Part shown: positions 27,529-46,096 of the stretch, piece after piece
Layout of the letters: the number at the start of each line of letters is the position of its first letter
Numbering within the stretch: the stretch's first letter is position 1
Assembly: GCF_009914755.1 (NCBI RefSeq)
Contig: NC_060947.1
Reading direction: 5' to 3' (one strand)
DNA length: 64,000 nucleotides
Origin: the human T2T-CHM13v2.0 reference genome, Homo sapiens
Notes under the pieces: generated by a model
Seen by the model: the letters and a program-made list of their open reading frames with translations, nothing else
What the model was told of the DNA's origin: nothing
Database searches by the model: none
Translations under genes and position numbers: made by a program

Positions 27529-30500
27529 GTAAAACTTCATGCTCTTTATCTTATATTGAGCACAGTTTTGTTAGGGCAGTGAATCCGTCATTGGGCTAAA
27601 AGATGGTTTTTGATGAAATGATTTTAGTCTTGTCTGAATAGTAAATAAATTATAGCTTGTCTCTGTTTTGCCTTTGCCTTTCATGCTATTTCAAAGACAA
27701 AATATTGTTCAAGTACAATGAACAGTTTGAGTGATTTATTTTAAAAAGAAGTATATAAACATGTTACCACTATATTTTTACCTTTTTCAGGACATCTCAT
27801 GAAACTATAAGAGATTGTGGGAGGAAAGGTTTTTCTGGTTAGGAATTTTTGGCTTTCTTTTTTATAAGATACAATTCTTCATCTTGACAGTGCTTTACAT
27901 CCAAGGTGTTTGGAGAAGGTAAATCGAATGTGGAGCTGGAAGGAGGAACATTTGTAACTAAGAAAGTCCATAATGACCTAGCACATCTTCCCTTTTGCTG
28001 ACAATGTTTTAAATCTTCCCGAAGTAACAGCTATGTTCCTTTTGATATGCTAAGTATGTTATTAATTGTTTTTAGCAGAAAAAGGGGCACATTTTGGACT
28101 CCTTGGGACATGAGCATTTTCTTCTGGTTTTGTAACCTTACAATTAAGGAAGCCCTTTGGCCATCGACAAGAAATCTATGAACTAGGGGCTGAGGGGCCA
28201 AAAGCCCAGTTATTTGAAGCCAGGAGGGTGGCTGTGGCCCTGTGGCCCTCTGCCTAAGTAACGGTTCCCTTTCTTGGGGCTGGTAAAGTCAGACGGTTAG
28301 ATATAAAGAAGGCACTTCATCCTGTCTCCCAGCTTTCAGATTAAGGGATGTCATTATCTATGTTTTTTTTTTTTTTGAAAAATCATTTTTTAAAACTCAT
28401 TGCCTGTCAATATTTAAACAATGGAAATACTTTAGGAAATTTCTCTTTTTGGGGTTTTAAATATGCTGCAATGGAATGCCCTACCTTAATGAATTAATAT
28501 GTAATGTCTTCCCTGTTCCCAAGTGTTCAAAAGTTGTCTGGTTTTTTTTTTTTCCAACCCTCAGGAGCTGTTTCACAAACATGGTACCAAATGCTTGAGA
28601 TTGTGGTTATCAGCCAAGATACACATTCTCTGGGTGTAGGCAAACTAGTCAGCTGTGCTAGTTGTCCTGATGAACCTTAAATGCATGTTACCTGGTAGAA
28701 TAACTCTCATTTTGTTTACTAATTAAGTGACAGAATAGTGACAGAAAGTTTAAAAGTTTAAATAGTGACAGAAAGTTTATAGCATACCCAACCTTGGGTT
28801 TTAAATTGCACCAAATTCTTATGTCGTTCTTGTGTATGTAAGTCTGGAGGCTCTAATAACTGTGGCTAAATGGGACCAATTATTTATACCTTTTAGATGA
28901 TTTTTGAATTCAGGAAATTGCATTTTGTATTGCATTAGGTTAATAGATTCATGAAAGCAGAGAAGAATCAGTCCATGAGACAGAGAAGTCCTCATAGAAA
29001 ATCAGTGTTGCCCTGAAACGGGCTCAGTATGGGCAAAATAGAAGCTAGGATAATTGGATCCAAATCCATTTTTAGTGACTATCCATATACTGAGAGGACA
29101 TTTCAAGGACAAAAACAATGTATACTCTTGACATTGAAGACTTTCTGTCTGCAAAATTATGTAGATTCAATTTCTTTAGCCTTTGGCCTTTCAAGTCGAA
29201 AACCAGGTTTGGGGTGTGGAGGGGGATCAGGTCACTTGCCATATTACACAGCCATCGATTCCCTTCACCAGCTGCTGCTCAGTGGGCCGCACAAGCCCGC
29301 CAGTCTTTTCTCAGGGCAGGGATGGAAAATGAGAGGGTAGGATGAGAGGAAAGTAATCCAACTGGATTGGCTTCTTAAAATACAGAAGATTTGAGTGAGA
29401 GTGAAACTGAACATTTTGTGCTTTTGATGACCACCAAATGACTACCTACTACTTCACCACAGCTGGAGAAACTAAAAACACATGCTCTTTTGCTGCCGGG
29501 TCAGAAATGCTTTTTTTCCCATATGAAAGAGGGGCTGTGTTGCACGTAATCTGTGCAACATTATGAAAAATCTTCATATACAGACAAAATGGTACTAGAA
29601 TTGAATCTGGACTGCAGGAAGTTCAGTGGCACATAATTTTTCTTTTAATAATCTATATCGAACCCTCCTGACACCCGATATAATCTAAAATGGCATTAGT
29701 TATACATCAGTGACCCAAAAAAGATTTGTTTTTTTTCTAAATGCAGCATACCAGTGAAGTTGCTAATTACATTGAATCATTCTGTACACGTTCTATTTTG
29801 AAGGGAAAAAACACTTTCTGATTTTTGTATGAAATTGTATGAAAGACTACTTTTCAGCCGTGACTCATGAGCTCCGTCTCATTGCAGCTACTTAGGTATT
29901 TATTCCCAAATGTCTGACGACACCTCCAGGTGCATTAGCATGTCTATTACACAAGTGTCCTATTCATCGGCTAAGGCTTTGCTCCATCTGTTGAATGTTC
30001 TGAGGAAAGCATTATACCCTTTCTTTAGAAGCCAGTGTTTATATGTGGAGTCACTAATGTACTGGTAGGTTGGATTTAGTGAAGAACAGATCTGAAATAA
30101 CCTGATTTTTTTCCATTTGGGTTGTTGTTCATTGTTTACACTGTACATTACACCCTTCATGGAAAACACATAGAAAAATGCTACCTACTCATGATATTCA
30201 CATTCTCCTTAAATATTCATAGTTTGAGCAACTCAGGCATGAGGGAGAAGATGAACAATAGGAAGAAATACATGAGAAAATACATGTAAAAACACAAGCA
30301 AGATTTATTAAATACAAATCGACTCTAATGAGAGGTTTATAGTAAAAAAGAAAAAAGAAAAAAACAAATGTTGTAATGTTATATTACTTGTATGTGTACA
30401 TGATTAAATTGAAAGCCAAAACTTTTAATTAAGATACTGAGGTTTATTTAGGCACCTCTCAGCATGTTGGATGTAGTTCAAGAATTTTCTGAAAAAGGAA

Positions 30501-31095
30501 GCTTGTTTATTAAGTGAAAATGATGTGTCTTTTGAAGCAGGCATAGAAAGTCAGGCTACCCTTTTGGAATAAATGTCTAAAATTTTATCACCCAGCCACA
30601 TTTCTAACTGTATTCTAAGCTTGTAAAACTTTAATTTAGTTAATTTTTAATTAAATTATTTAATAATGATGCTTTCTGTCTTAGAAAATCAGGGGACATT
30701 TATGTGGACCTAAGGTGTAGGTTAGACTTCAGCACCTTACACGTCATATAAGATGATTTTTAAAATCAGGAAATAGTATGTCATATTGCATTAGGTTCAT
30801 AAGTCCATGAAAGCAGAGGAGAATAGGCCCAAGAAAGAAGTCCTTACAGAAAGGAAATCAGTGTGGTCCTGAAATAGGGTTGGTATGGACAAAATAGAGG
30901 CTCAGATAATTGGATCAGAAGCCACTTTCAGTGACTATCCACATACCAAAGTTTTAGAAACTTAGTTGTGGTAACATATCTCCATCTGTCAATCAACAGG
31001 CATATACTGAGTGATTCCTGTATACAAAGCCCTGGATTAGGTACTGGGGCCCCCTAGTGTATGAGCAGAACTTTCTGTCATAGAGAAACCCCACT

Positions 31096-32132
<1,037 letters not shown>

Positions 32133-32397
32133 ATCCCTACTATGTACAGATGAGGGCTACACCGAGACATTAAAATTAGTCAAAGAGCTGCCCGAGGGCA
32201 AACATGCCCTCCACAAAGACAAGTGGTAAGGGAAGAAGCATGGTGATGATGTGTAGCAATTGTTTCCTTCAATGATGGCTGACACTCCCATTCCCGGATA
32301 ACAGCAATAGGTCAAGGCAGACATATCTAGAAGTTCTGGAAGATTAAAGGCCTTCACATTTCATGTACTTAGAAATAGCTAAGGGGATAAAAAATTA

Positions 32398-32767
<370 letters not shown>

Positions 32768-32830
32768 GAGGTAAAATGCTATCTTCATTTTTCCCTATTC
32801 TCTCATTTCAAACAAAAGAAAGTGCAAGCT

Positions 32831-33167
<337 letters not shown>

Positions 33168-36100
33168 GAGCAAGCTTTTCTCTCCTCATGAAGTCAAAGC
33201 TTGATAGTAGCTCAGACTCAGGGAGCCCACACTCAGGATCTTTGCATGTGTGTCTCAGCATTGTCATTTATAAGCTGGCTTTTTAGAGTTGTTTTGGTCT
33301 TGTGCACATCAGCACATCATTCATATTTTATACAAAATTGTGACGTGATCAGTATCTCCTCCAACTTCATCCTGAGCACACTGCGTGCATGAGGGTTTGA
33401 AATTGTTTTGTAACAAATAATCATAAATTTAGAAGTACGTGACGTAAGCTAATTCAGGTTGCCCAGAGTTCCACTTAATTTGATTTATTGCAAAACAAAT
33501 ACGAAAGTTCATGAATTTGACATAGACATTGTTAACATACTTTAAGTATTTCTAGCCTGTTTACTTATTATGCAACAAATCCAACATTCCTAGAAGTGCC
33601 TATTTTATCTAGACTAATTGTTTCCACACACATTAAAAGGACTCAAGTGAATTGTAGAAATGTATTCTAAAAGAATATGCCCTTTGAAATGATTCTCCAT
33701 CTGGATACAGACTGCAGGTTTAAGTATAGAGTGGTGGGGAATCTAAGGTGTAAGGTGACCCTAGAGTTTTCAAACTCAGAGTGAAAAAATCTTGCCTAAA
33801 GCTAGGATTCAAAAATACCAAGAGATGAAACTCTTCTTATGGGTACTATTAACTTGGGGTTGATTCATTTAATTTTCCTTTTGCTTGGTTTAAGACCATG
33901 TACTATAGGAATGATACAGTGGCCAGTGACTTCATTGTCTGACATTTTCAACACCCTTTGTTACTTCTATCTTCACTGGTGAGCTGTGGATTATTTTATC
34001 ATCTGGATGCTTAGAACTCTGAGCAAGTCATGTTCTAGAACTATGAGACTAAACAATGAAGAACTTTGCACTGGTAATATCAAAGTACTGAAAGTGTGTG
34101 GTTTTAAAGTGTGAAAAACATGGCAGTTAAGATCTCTCAGGTACTTTGAACCATAATGCAGTTTTCCTTCTCTTCAAAACCTCTACTTCTAAATGGCATT
34201 CATTGTGTTTTCTAGTGTTTTTTCTTTGGTATGACACTAGTTAACCTGTATTTCTTACCATAAAGCTAGGACTCAAATACTAAGAGGTTTGACTCACCTT
34301 AGGTGGAACTTTATATAGTACTTTAACTTAGAAATATTTGGAATCAATTTCTGCTTATAAAGGTATCAAAAGCAAGTGATACTAAAACGAGTAGGTTCAA
34401 AGTTGTATACTAAATAGAGACCTTGGTAAGAGAGAATGAGGGATTTTCAAATATGGTCCAGAAGATAGTCTCTGAAAGGCTAAACCAGCAATGGTTACTA
34501 GCCATGCAGGAAGCCAGTGCTGTCTAATCTTACAAATTCTGTTTTCCTGCCAAATGGCATTTAGGAGCAACTGATAATTTATTTCTTGCCACTTGCCGTT
34601 ACTGGAGATTTATTTGGTTTCTCAACTCAGCCCTTAACAAGAAAGCAAGTCTTTGTTGAGGGCACAATATTATCAGTATGGCAAAGCTAAGACGAGGCTT
34701 CTGTGTGACACTGGAAAGACCAACAAGAATGGATTAAAGAGAGTGATTTTCCATATGCTGTCACTGGGACAGGTACTTTTCTCTGTAGACACACAGGCTA
34801 AAAGCAGTTTAAAAGCTTCCTTACCTAAACAGTACATAGTTCAAGGAGATAGGCCCTGTGTCCATTGCGTCTCTAGTTTTTGTTTCTAACCCATTATATA
34901 AAGAAACATCCCAGTTTGCTTTTTAGAGAAAAGTTCAAGTTAGAACCATTCTCTGGTCTTGCTAAGTCTCTTAATTGTGACACAACTGTCCTAAGCAACT
35001 GTCCTTGCACAAGAATGTCACTCATCTGCTTCATCTGCCAGCTCCTTAGAGATGAGGGGGGTCTGTGTGTCAGCAGGAGGCAGAAGGCCCTGTGGCTCAT
35101 CCAGTGGCCTGATTTCCTTTGTTTGGAGGCTTGGTTCTGAGTGAGAGTTCAACAGCCTTTGCCCAGGCGGCTTCTCAAACACAGGGTGTGGTTTCCTTAG
35201 CTCACTCTCTGCTGTTTGGTTGCTCATGGCAACAAGATCCAAATAACTTGGACATGTGTTTGTATAAAAAAAACCTGGGAATGGAACCCAAAGTGAGACT
35301 TTGGGGCTTTCAGTTAGTGGAAGAGCTGCGGTGAGTACCAGGCAACTGCTCATTTATTTTCTCTCATTCTTTCTCTCTAAATTACGCTGGAAGTTTGCTA
35401 GCACAATAACCATGTTTGTGGATAGTTTTAGAAAGTAGTCTCAATTCTTGTATTTCCTGCACAAATGAAATAATTGCTATCTATTTACCCGTGCAAATTT
35501 CTTTTTCGGGGGAGAGGAACAAATTAGCATATGTTTAAAGAAGTTGAAAGCTAATAGAAACTCATATTTGGTACCTTTTGGGTGGCAGGATTCTATAGGA
35601 AATGCCTTGGCAAAGGGAGCTGCAGAGTGCCTTAGTAATGCTTGGGATTGCAGGCGTGTTGTCTAGGGCCACAGCCGGGGAGGGGACCAGGGAGGGAAGA
35701 GGGGTTGTTCATACGGAGGGAGTGGAAGGGATTCTTGGAATAATTTTTTCCAGACTCTATTTTAAGATTATAATTTTTAAGACAGCAAATATCCCAAATG
35801 GTAATACTGGTTACACTTCTATGAGCATATTGATTCTCACTTGCTTGACTCAAGGGAGGGTTTGATTTTGGTCACAAAGCCACCCGTGACTATGACAGAT
35901 AATTCAAGGTTGCCAAACTTGCCTGTGCCAATTGACAAAGCCATTTATATAAGTCCTCTCTTGCTATATTGCTCTGGCCTCAAAAGGCAGTAAACTCTCT
36001 TGGACAAAACTCTTTAGGATCTATTCAGGGATTTAACACTTTTCTGCTAAATTGCAAGTAAATTTAAACATTTTAAACAAATTAACAAGGATTGCTTAGG

Positions 36101-36652
36101 TACCTGGTGTGGTACAGAATGAGCTGTCAGTTTCTATTCTGATGAATAGAATTTTATAGATAGGAGGAACGGGAGGCCTCCAGAGGATACTACCCTCCCT
36201 AAAAAGAGACGGAGGAAGAGCTGAAAGCGGGCAGAGAGGCTTCTTGATGACAACGTGGTGGGCTTAGAGAAGCTGCTGCCTGCAGGCGGGGCCCCTGCTT
36301 TCCTGCACCCCTTTGAGCCTCTGCCCCACACTCTTCCTTTGTATAAAACAACTGCTTCTTGCCTGCCTGCCCCATCACACCCCTCCACTCCATCGGGTCA
36401 CTGCTCAATGGCACAATAGCACTGCTCAGCCATACCTCCCAGCATCCTGTCCCCTATCTGGTGACTTGGCCAACACAGGCTCTGATCCACTTGCCCCGCT
36501 CCGCATCTTTTGTGAATCAGCACAGTTGATATATCTGAGCAGGGGCTTCTACCATCTCCCCAGGGAATCACTAGCCATCGGCCATCTGGCCCCGCGGGGT
36601 GCTTTTGTTCCTGGAATCATAGTGAAGTATCTGTTGTCTTGGTGCCTGGTAG

Positions 36653-37207
<555 letters not shown>

Positions 37208-37268
37208 TAAATATTTCAAGAATTGTGAGATTTTTATCCTCACCTCAGCGTCCCTCCTATAAGAATAG

Positions 37269-37664
<396 letters not shown>

Positions 37665-37697
37665 TAACGTTGCTCTGAGCTGCTTTGAGATCTTAGC

Positions 37698-37766
37698 ATA
37701 TATATGTACACATATACATACACGTATATATGCGTACACATATATGCTCGCACACACGCACACACT
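37698..37766. repeat. Mixed TA/CA/CG alternating purine-pyrimidine tract
   Basis: atatatatgtacacatatacatacacgtatatatgcgtacaca...cacacacgcacacac. Confidence 0.85.
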
Positions 37767-38046
37767 CGGAGACTAAAGAACACTGGCGAGAACAGCCTGT
37801 GGCAACAGAATGAAGTGAACAGTATGTAGCGCTTTCTCATTTGGGCGTAGTAAGTGATGAAAGCATGCTTCTTCCTCAGGGTGTCATTCTGGGCCAGGCA
37901 GTCCCTGATTTAATGTCTAAGTGCACGCAGGGTATAGAGGTGGGGGAGTGGGGGATTCAGGCACTGGATCCTAAAATAATAATGCTGGGGTCCCCACCCA
38001 TGACAGAAATCCTGGGTTGGCACAAGCACAAGTAGAACACAGGTAG

Positions 38047-38400
<354 letters not shown>

Positions 38401-38409
38401 TGACAGTTT

Positions 38410-38815
38410 GCAGAGCACTTCCACACACACTATCCCATTCCATCCTCACGACAGCCCTGTGACGTAGGAATTATTATTCCCATTTTACAGATGAGGAGAT
38501 CGTGGATTAGGAAGCAGTGCCACAGCCAAGTCAGGCTGTCAGTACGCATCCTCAGCCTGGTGGTGCGGGTGGCCCGTATGGCATGCTGAGCTGGGCAGCC
38601 CTGGCTCTAGAAGCCTGCCTCCACCACTTAGGGGCTGTGTAACCTCACATAGGGGCTCACCTTCTCCGAGCCTTGGTGTCTTCATCTGTAAAGTGGGGAT
38701 AATAATAGCCCCTGCCTCCCATGGCTGTTGTGGAGATTAAATGAGATATTGTATACCAAAGCGCCCAGCACAGTGCCTGGCACGCAGTAGGCATTCAACA
38801 AAATGGTTGTTGAAT
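38410..38815. mobile_element. Two oppositely oriented MIR fragments in an FHL1 intron
   Basis: cccattttacagatgagga (~38480) and ttcatctgtaaagtggggataata (~38685). Confidence 0.75.
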
Positions 38816-38845
38816 CTGAATCCGGTGCTACACTCCCTGGTCTAG

Positions 38846-39052
<207 letters not shown>

Positions 39053-39633
39053 TAAGTCTGCCAGGCTAGGTTTTGCGCATGGTAACCATCTCTCATTTTC
39101 CTGTCGTCGGTTTCATCCACAAAGGCCCCCAGAGAATGCCCTTCTCCCCCTGCTATTGTGGTCCCAAAGGCCCCCCAAGAGTTTGGATTCGTCCCCAGGC
39201 CAGGTTAGCCTTTGCAATACAGAACACTTCCTGACTGTTGACTAACAATGCTGAGAGTTCACAAGCCTGAGACCTGCCAGCCAACACCGGCAGGCACTGC
39301 CACTTTGCAGGGGGATTCTGGGGGGAGGGGTGGGAGGAGGGTAGAAAGAAGGGGGTGGGGGAGGGTGGGGAAGGGGTAAGGGAGGCCGAAGAGTGATAAC
39401 CCGGGATTGTAATACCCCATAGCTGAAGGCTAGTTCAGAGATGCCTGTTGGCAGGGTTTCTTTTTTTTTTGGTTTGCTGTTTATTTGTTTTTGCGATCAG
39501 CAAAGCTAATCACTTCATTCCTCATCTCGCGGCCGCGATCCACGTGCCCTGGGCCCTTTCCCTTGCCTCCAATTTTCCCATCTTCCCGGGGAGCCTTGAA
39601 ATGTACATTTGAGAAGACTTTTGCCATCCTCAG

Positions 39634-39833
39634 GGAAAAGGACTGTGTCAAGAGTGAGCCACCCAGTCTCTAAAGCTAGGAAGCCCCCAGTGTGCCACGG
39701 GAAACGCTTGCCTCTCACCCTGTTTCCCAGCGCCAACCTCCGGGGCAGGCATCCGGGTGGAGAGAGGACTTGTCCCTCGTGGGTGGTGGTTCTTTATAGA
39801 AAAAATCGAAGCTTAGCAGCTCCTCGAGGCCCG
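39634..39833 (+). CDS. FHL1: FHL1B (SLIMMER/KyoT3)-specific 200-nt cassette exon with basic NLS-like clusters
   Basis: cctcAG|[26 protein letters not shown]...[14 protein letters not shown]|GTAAGT; 688+200+84=972 nt = 323 aa + stop. Confidence 0.93.
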
Positions 39834-39900
39834 GTAAGTGCACACCCCACGAACAGCCCAAGTTTGCCTCCTGGTGGCCACTTTGATGTCATGGCCCTGA

Positions 39901-40416
<516 letters not shown>

Positions 40417-41724
40417 ACTGACAGGGGCTCCTGTCCTGTAAAATGGCATTTGAATCTCGTTCTTTGTGTCCTTACTTTCTGCCCTATACCATCAATAGGG
40501 GAAGAGTGGTCCTTCCCTTCTTTAAAGTTCTCCTTCCGTCTTTTCTCCCATTTTACAGTATTACTCAAATAAGGGCACACAGTGATCATATTAGCATTTA
40601 GCAAAAAGCAACCCTGCAGCAAAGTGAATTTCTGTCCGGCTGCAATTTAAAAATGAAAACTTAGGTAGATTGACTCTTCTGCATGTTTCTCATAGAGCAG
40701 AAAAGTGCTAATCATTTAGCCACTTAGTGATGTAAGCAAGAAGCATAGGAGATAAAACCCCCACTGAGATGCCTCTCATGCCTCAGCTGGGACCCACCGT
40801 GTAGACACACGACATGCAAGAGTTGCAGCGGCTGCTCCAACTCACTGCTCACCCTCTTCTGTGAGCAGGAAAAGAACCCTACTGACATGCATGGTTTAAC
40901 TTCCTCATCAGAACTCTGCCCTTCCTTCTGTTCTTTTGTGCTTTCAAATAACTAACACGAACTTCCAGAAAATTAACATTTGAACTTAGCTGTAATTCTA
41001 AACTGACCTTTCCCCGTACTAACGTTTGGTTTCCCCGTGTGGCATGTTTTCTGAGCGTTCCTACTTTAAAGCATGGAACATGCAGGTGATTTGGGAAGTG
41101 TAGAAAGACCTGAGAAAACGAGCCTGTTTCAGAGGAACATCGTCACAACGAATACTTCTGGAAGCTTAACAAAACTAACCCTGCTGTCCTTTTTATTGTT
41201 TTTAATTAATATTTTTGTTTTAATTGATAGCAAAATAGTTTATGGGTTTGGAAACTTGCATGAAAATATTTTAGCCCCCTCAGATGTTCCTGCAGTGCTG
41301 AAATTCATCCTACAGAAGTAACCGCAAAACTCTAGAGGGGGAGTTGAGCAGGCGCCAGGGCTGTCATCAACATGGATATGACATTTCACAACAGTGACTA
41401 GTTGAATCCCTTGTAACGTAGTAGTTGTCTGCTCTTTGTCCATGTGTTAATGAGGACTGCAAAGTCCCTTCTGTTGTGATTCCTAGGACTTTTCCTCAAG
41501 AGGAAATCTGGATTTCCACCTACCGCTTACCTGAAATGCAGGATCACCTACTTACTGTATTCTACATTATTATATGACATAGTATAATGAGACAATATCA
41601 AAAGTAAACATGTAATGACAATACATACTAACATTCTTGTAGGAGTGGTTAGAGAAGCTGATGCCTCATTTCTACATTCTGTCATTAGCTATTATCATCT
41701 AACGTTTCAGTGTATCCTTACAGA

Positions 41725-41730
41725 AATAAA
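41725..41730 (+). terminator. FHL1: FHL1 polyadenylation signal
   Basis: AATAAA about 1.3 kb after the stop codon, preceded by TGTA elements and followed by T/GT-rich sequence. Confidence 0.8.
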
Positions 41731-43769
41731 GCAGCATATGAATAACCTGCCTCCTGTCTTTTCATTCTGCCTGGTGGAATCGCTATAAGGTGATACTCCT
41801 AATCCAGAAACCTAAATGACTTATTTTCCTTCCAGGATATACTCACTTTAGTGCAGGCGCACAGAACATAGGAATTATAAACAAACCTGTAAAAACCACA
41901 CTTGATTGATAAATAAATAATTAAAAACAAACAGAAACCACTCTGACCTAAAATAGTATTTCCCAGATTTTCACATCCCTGAAAAAGAAAACGATGAATT
42001 GGTTTGATTTGGCCAGGGGATTAGGGAGGGAATCCCTGATGAAGCATGGCACTGAGAAGCCATCTTGGTCCCTGTTTGTTGGGTGCTTCCTCGGTGTGCC
42101 TTTCCCCTTGTGCCCTCTGGAGCCTGGGGTCCAGGTTGAACGTGACCATCTCAACTGCGGCTGCCTCCACCTGCCAGCTGAATGACACCCTCGCTCCTTC
42201 TTGTGGATGTGGCTCACTAAGGAAGCTGCCCATTTGGGCCCATGCACTTCAGTTAGGGGGAACATGCAGGGATGCCGTGGGCAGAGGCAGGGGGTTGGCC
42301 TGGCATTGAGGCTCCCCAGTTGCCGCTGCTTCTAGACTAGCACCACACACCAGTGTCTTTTGTTCACCTCTGAGGCTCGTGTTCTTGGGTCATCCAACCT
42401 GCCCACACCCATGTGGCCCTTACGGCACAGCACAAGAGGCCCCATGCGACAGGTGTCTGCTGCACTCTCCTGGTGGAAGAGGCTTCAGACCATAAGGGCC
42501 CCTCGTCAAAGTACAAGCAGAACTGGGTGGGAGGAGGGGGTGTTAGTCTTAACTGGGCCACATGCTGAGGGTGATAAAAGCAAAGGACAGAAGCCCTTTG
42601 GTGCTAACGTTTGCCTTCTGAGAAGGGAACTGAACCTGTCAGCAAGAAACCATGAGCACTTTTAGGAATGTGGCACATCCCCTTGTGTGTGTTTCCTTAC
42701 AGAAATTAGCCATGAAAACCTTGAAACCAATGAAGTCTGTCCAGTCATGTGGGGCCCCAGGGACAGTGAGGCTGGCTCAGGGGATGGGGAGTGGCTGCCC
42801 TCACTGCTCCCAAGGGAGTGGGCTGAGTTCCTGAGGCTGCAGCAAGGAAAGGAGCCCCACGGGGAGAGGGGACAGAAGACAGGCCTGGGATGGAGAGGGG
42901 GCCCCATCTGCCTTCACTAAGGGCTTTGGCCCCGGCTTATGCTCTCGATCCATTTCGGCTGAGCCCTGGGCCTTCAGCATCCAGACGCATGCTCTCCTTC
43001 CTACCCACGTGCTCTTTCCCATTCCGGAACTCCTCCTCACTGCGACAGTTCCTTTCCCTCCAGTCCTCGGTCCACCCTCCTTCTCAGCCCCTTCCCACCC
43101 TAATGCCCCTCCGCATCTGCCCTACATTCTATGGTTTGCACTTCACTCGTTTCCCTCCTCGCTCCTGTTATCCCTTTGCCCTTCTAGCCTGCTTGGCCTG
43201 CAAAACCTGAGTGGATGGCTTGAGCTCTGTTGAGGAAAAGCACCCTGGCCTAAAATTCCCCGTCCCACTACTCTGCCACTTGGCCCAAAGTCCCAAGACC
43301 GCCTCCACCACCTTCCTCACCCGGGAGACTGAGGTCTATCCGGAGTCAGCTTCTAACTATTGCTTGCTTCGTGATGCCTGCCTGCCGTTCACACTTCAGC
43401 ATCTTGTGAAGCACCTACACGCATCACAGCTGACACGCACCATCACTCCCGTTTCCCAGATGAGAAAACAGGTTAAGAAGCTTGCCTAAGGTCACACAGC
43501 TAATAAGTGACAAGCCACACCCTAGACACACCTCTAGCATATCACTCATGACACTAAATTGTCGTAAAAAATAGACACATCACAATAAAACCATCGTGCA
43601 CAGTGCTCAGTACTTAGAAGGCATTTGTTTGTTGAATATGCGATTTTAAGAGTGACACCCCTAAGGCTCAGGAGAAATGAGGGTAAATTTCCCCTTAACA
43701 ATTTGTCAGCAGAGAAACATTTTCTCCCTCATAATTAATGGGATCAGAATATCAAGAACCTCTCTGCTT

Positions 43770-44545
<776 letters not shown>

Positions 44546-45569
44546 CTATCAAGTACCTTGCATATTGCACATGTAAACCTAACTGCAATGATTACAATAC
44601 AGTTGGGGAAATTAGAATCAGATGGGTGCCTAGGACTCATCTGGAAACACTGTAACTGGACTGGTAAGGAGACCAAAGGCAAGGAGGCTGTTTCGGGGCC
44701 TGTTTTGACCAACCAGGCCGGCCAGGCACTGGAGGGGTGGGGTCACTGAAAATGACAGGGAATTGCCCCCTGACATGATAAAATGTCATGCACAGTCCGC
44801 CTCCACGCTCTGGCTCCTTGGCCATCGCTGCTGTTTTATGCCTCCTGATCCCTCTTGCTCTGGCTCCAAGGAGTTAGAGGTGTTTGAGAACAGTGGAGTC
44901 TCAAAACTGAAAAGGCTGCAGAGATTGTAGCACAGCCCCCTCATTTGACAGACAAGGAACAGGGATCAGAGAAGAGCAACAACGTGCACAATGTCACACG
45001 TGAGCTAGCAGCCCTCTCAGCTGGGTTCAGGTCTTCAGGGGCCTGTCTGGCATTCTTTATGGTATTTCACACTGCATTCTTGTGGTTTTTAGGGATTGGA
45101 GCTGTTAAAAAACTTCATTCCACATGCAGTGTCCACAATGACACAGGCGTAGAAAATGCGCTGATCTGCAGAATCTGCTGGTAGAGGCCAGGGGTCTGTC
45201 CCTCCGGGTAGAGGATACCAGGAAGGGAAATGCGAGGCAGCAATGCGTGAGGGGAAAGCTAGGTCAGCGTCCATCACCTTGGCCTTGTAAACAGGAACAT
45301 CCTGGTAGACAGTTTCAATGGATGGATCAACAGGACCTGGCGCCAGACTTGGCAGTGAAGAGTTTCCAGCTCAGATGAGACACAAGGAGGAATGGGATTT
45401 CTGGAATTTGACAGGAATGGGATGTGTCTAGTTCGTGCTGATTTAAAAGTATATAGAATGCTCTAGCATGTTCAGTGGGGAATGGCTACCACCATTCTCA
45501 TAAGCACCAGACCCCAAAGACTTGGGATAAACAAGGACCTTGCCTTATCAAAAACAAAACCTAGTAAAG

Positions 45570-46096
45570 CAGAGGTCCCCAACCCTTGGGCCACGGACTG
45601 GTGCTGGTCTGTGACCTGTTAGGAACTGGGTCACAGAGCAGGAGGTGAGTGGCAGGAGAGCAAATCTTCATCTGTATTTACTGTGGCTCCCCATCACTTG
45701 CATTGTTGCCTGAGCTCGGCCTCCTGTCAGAGCAGTGGTGGCATTAGATTCTCATAGAAGTGAGAACCCTATTGTGAACCACGCATGTGAGGGATCTAGG
45801 TTGTGTGCTTCTCATGAGAGTCTAATGTCTGACGGTCTGTCACTGTCTCCCATCACCCCCAGATGGGACCGTCTAGTTGCAGGAAAACAAGCTCAGGGCT
45901 CCCACTGATTCTACATTATGGTGAGTTGTATAATTACTTCATTATATATTACAATGTAATAATAGAAATGAAGTGCACAATAAATGTAATGCACTTGAGT
46001 CATCCTAAAACCACCACACCATCCCCACCAAAGGTTCATGGAAAAATTGTCTTCCACAAAACCAGTTCCTGGTGCCAAAAAGGTTGGGGACTGCTG
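45570..46096 (+). mobile_element. MER1A-like hAT/Charlie non-autonomous DNA transposon, full length (527 bp)
   Basis: Terminal inverted repeats cagaggtccccaacc / ggttggggactgctg; 8-bp TSD (t/g)agtaaag. Confidence 0.85.
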
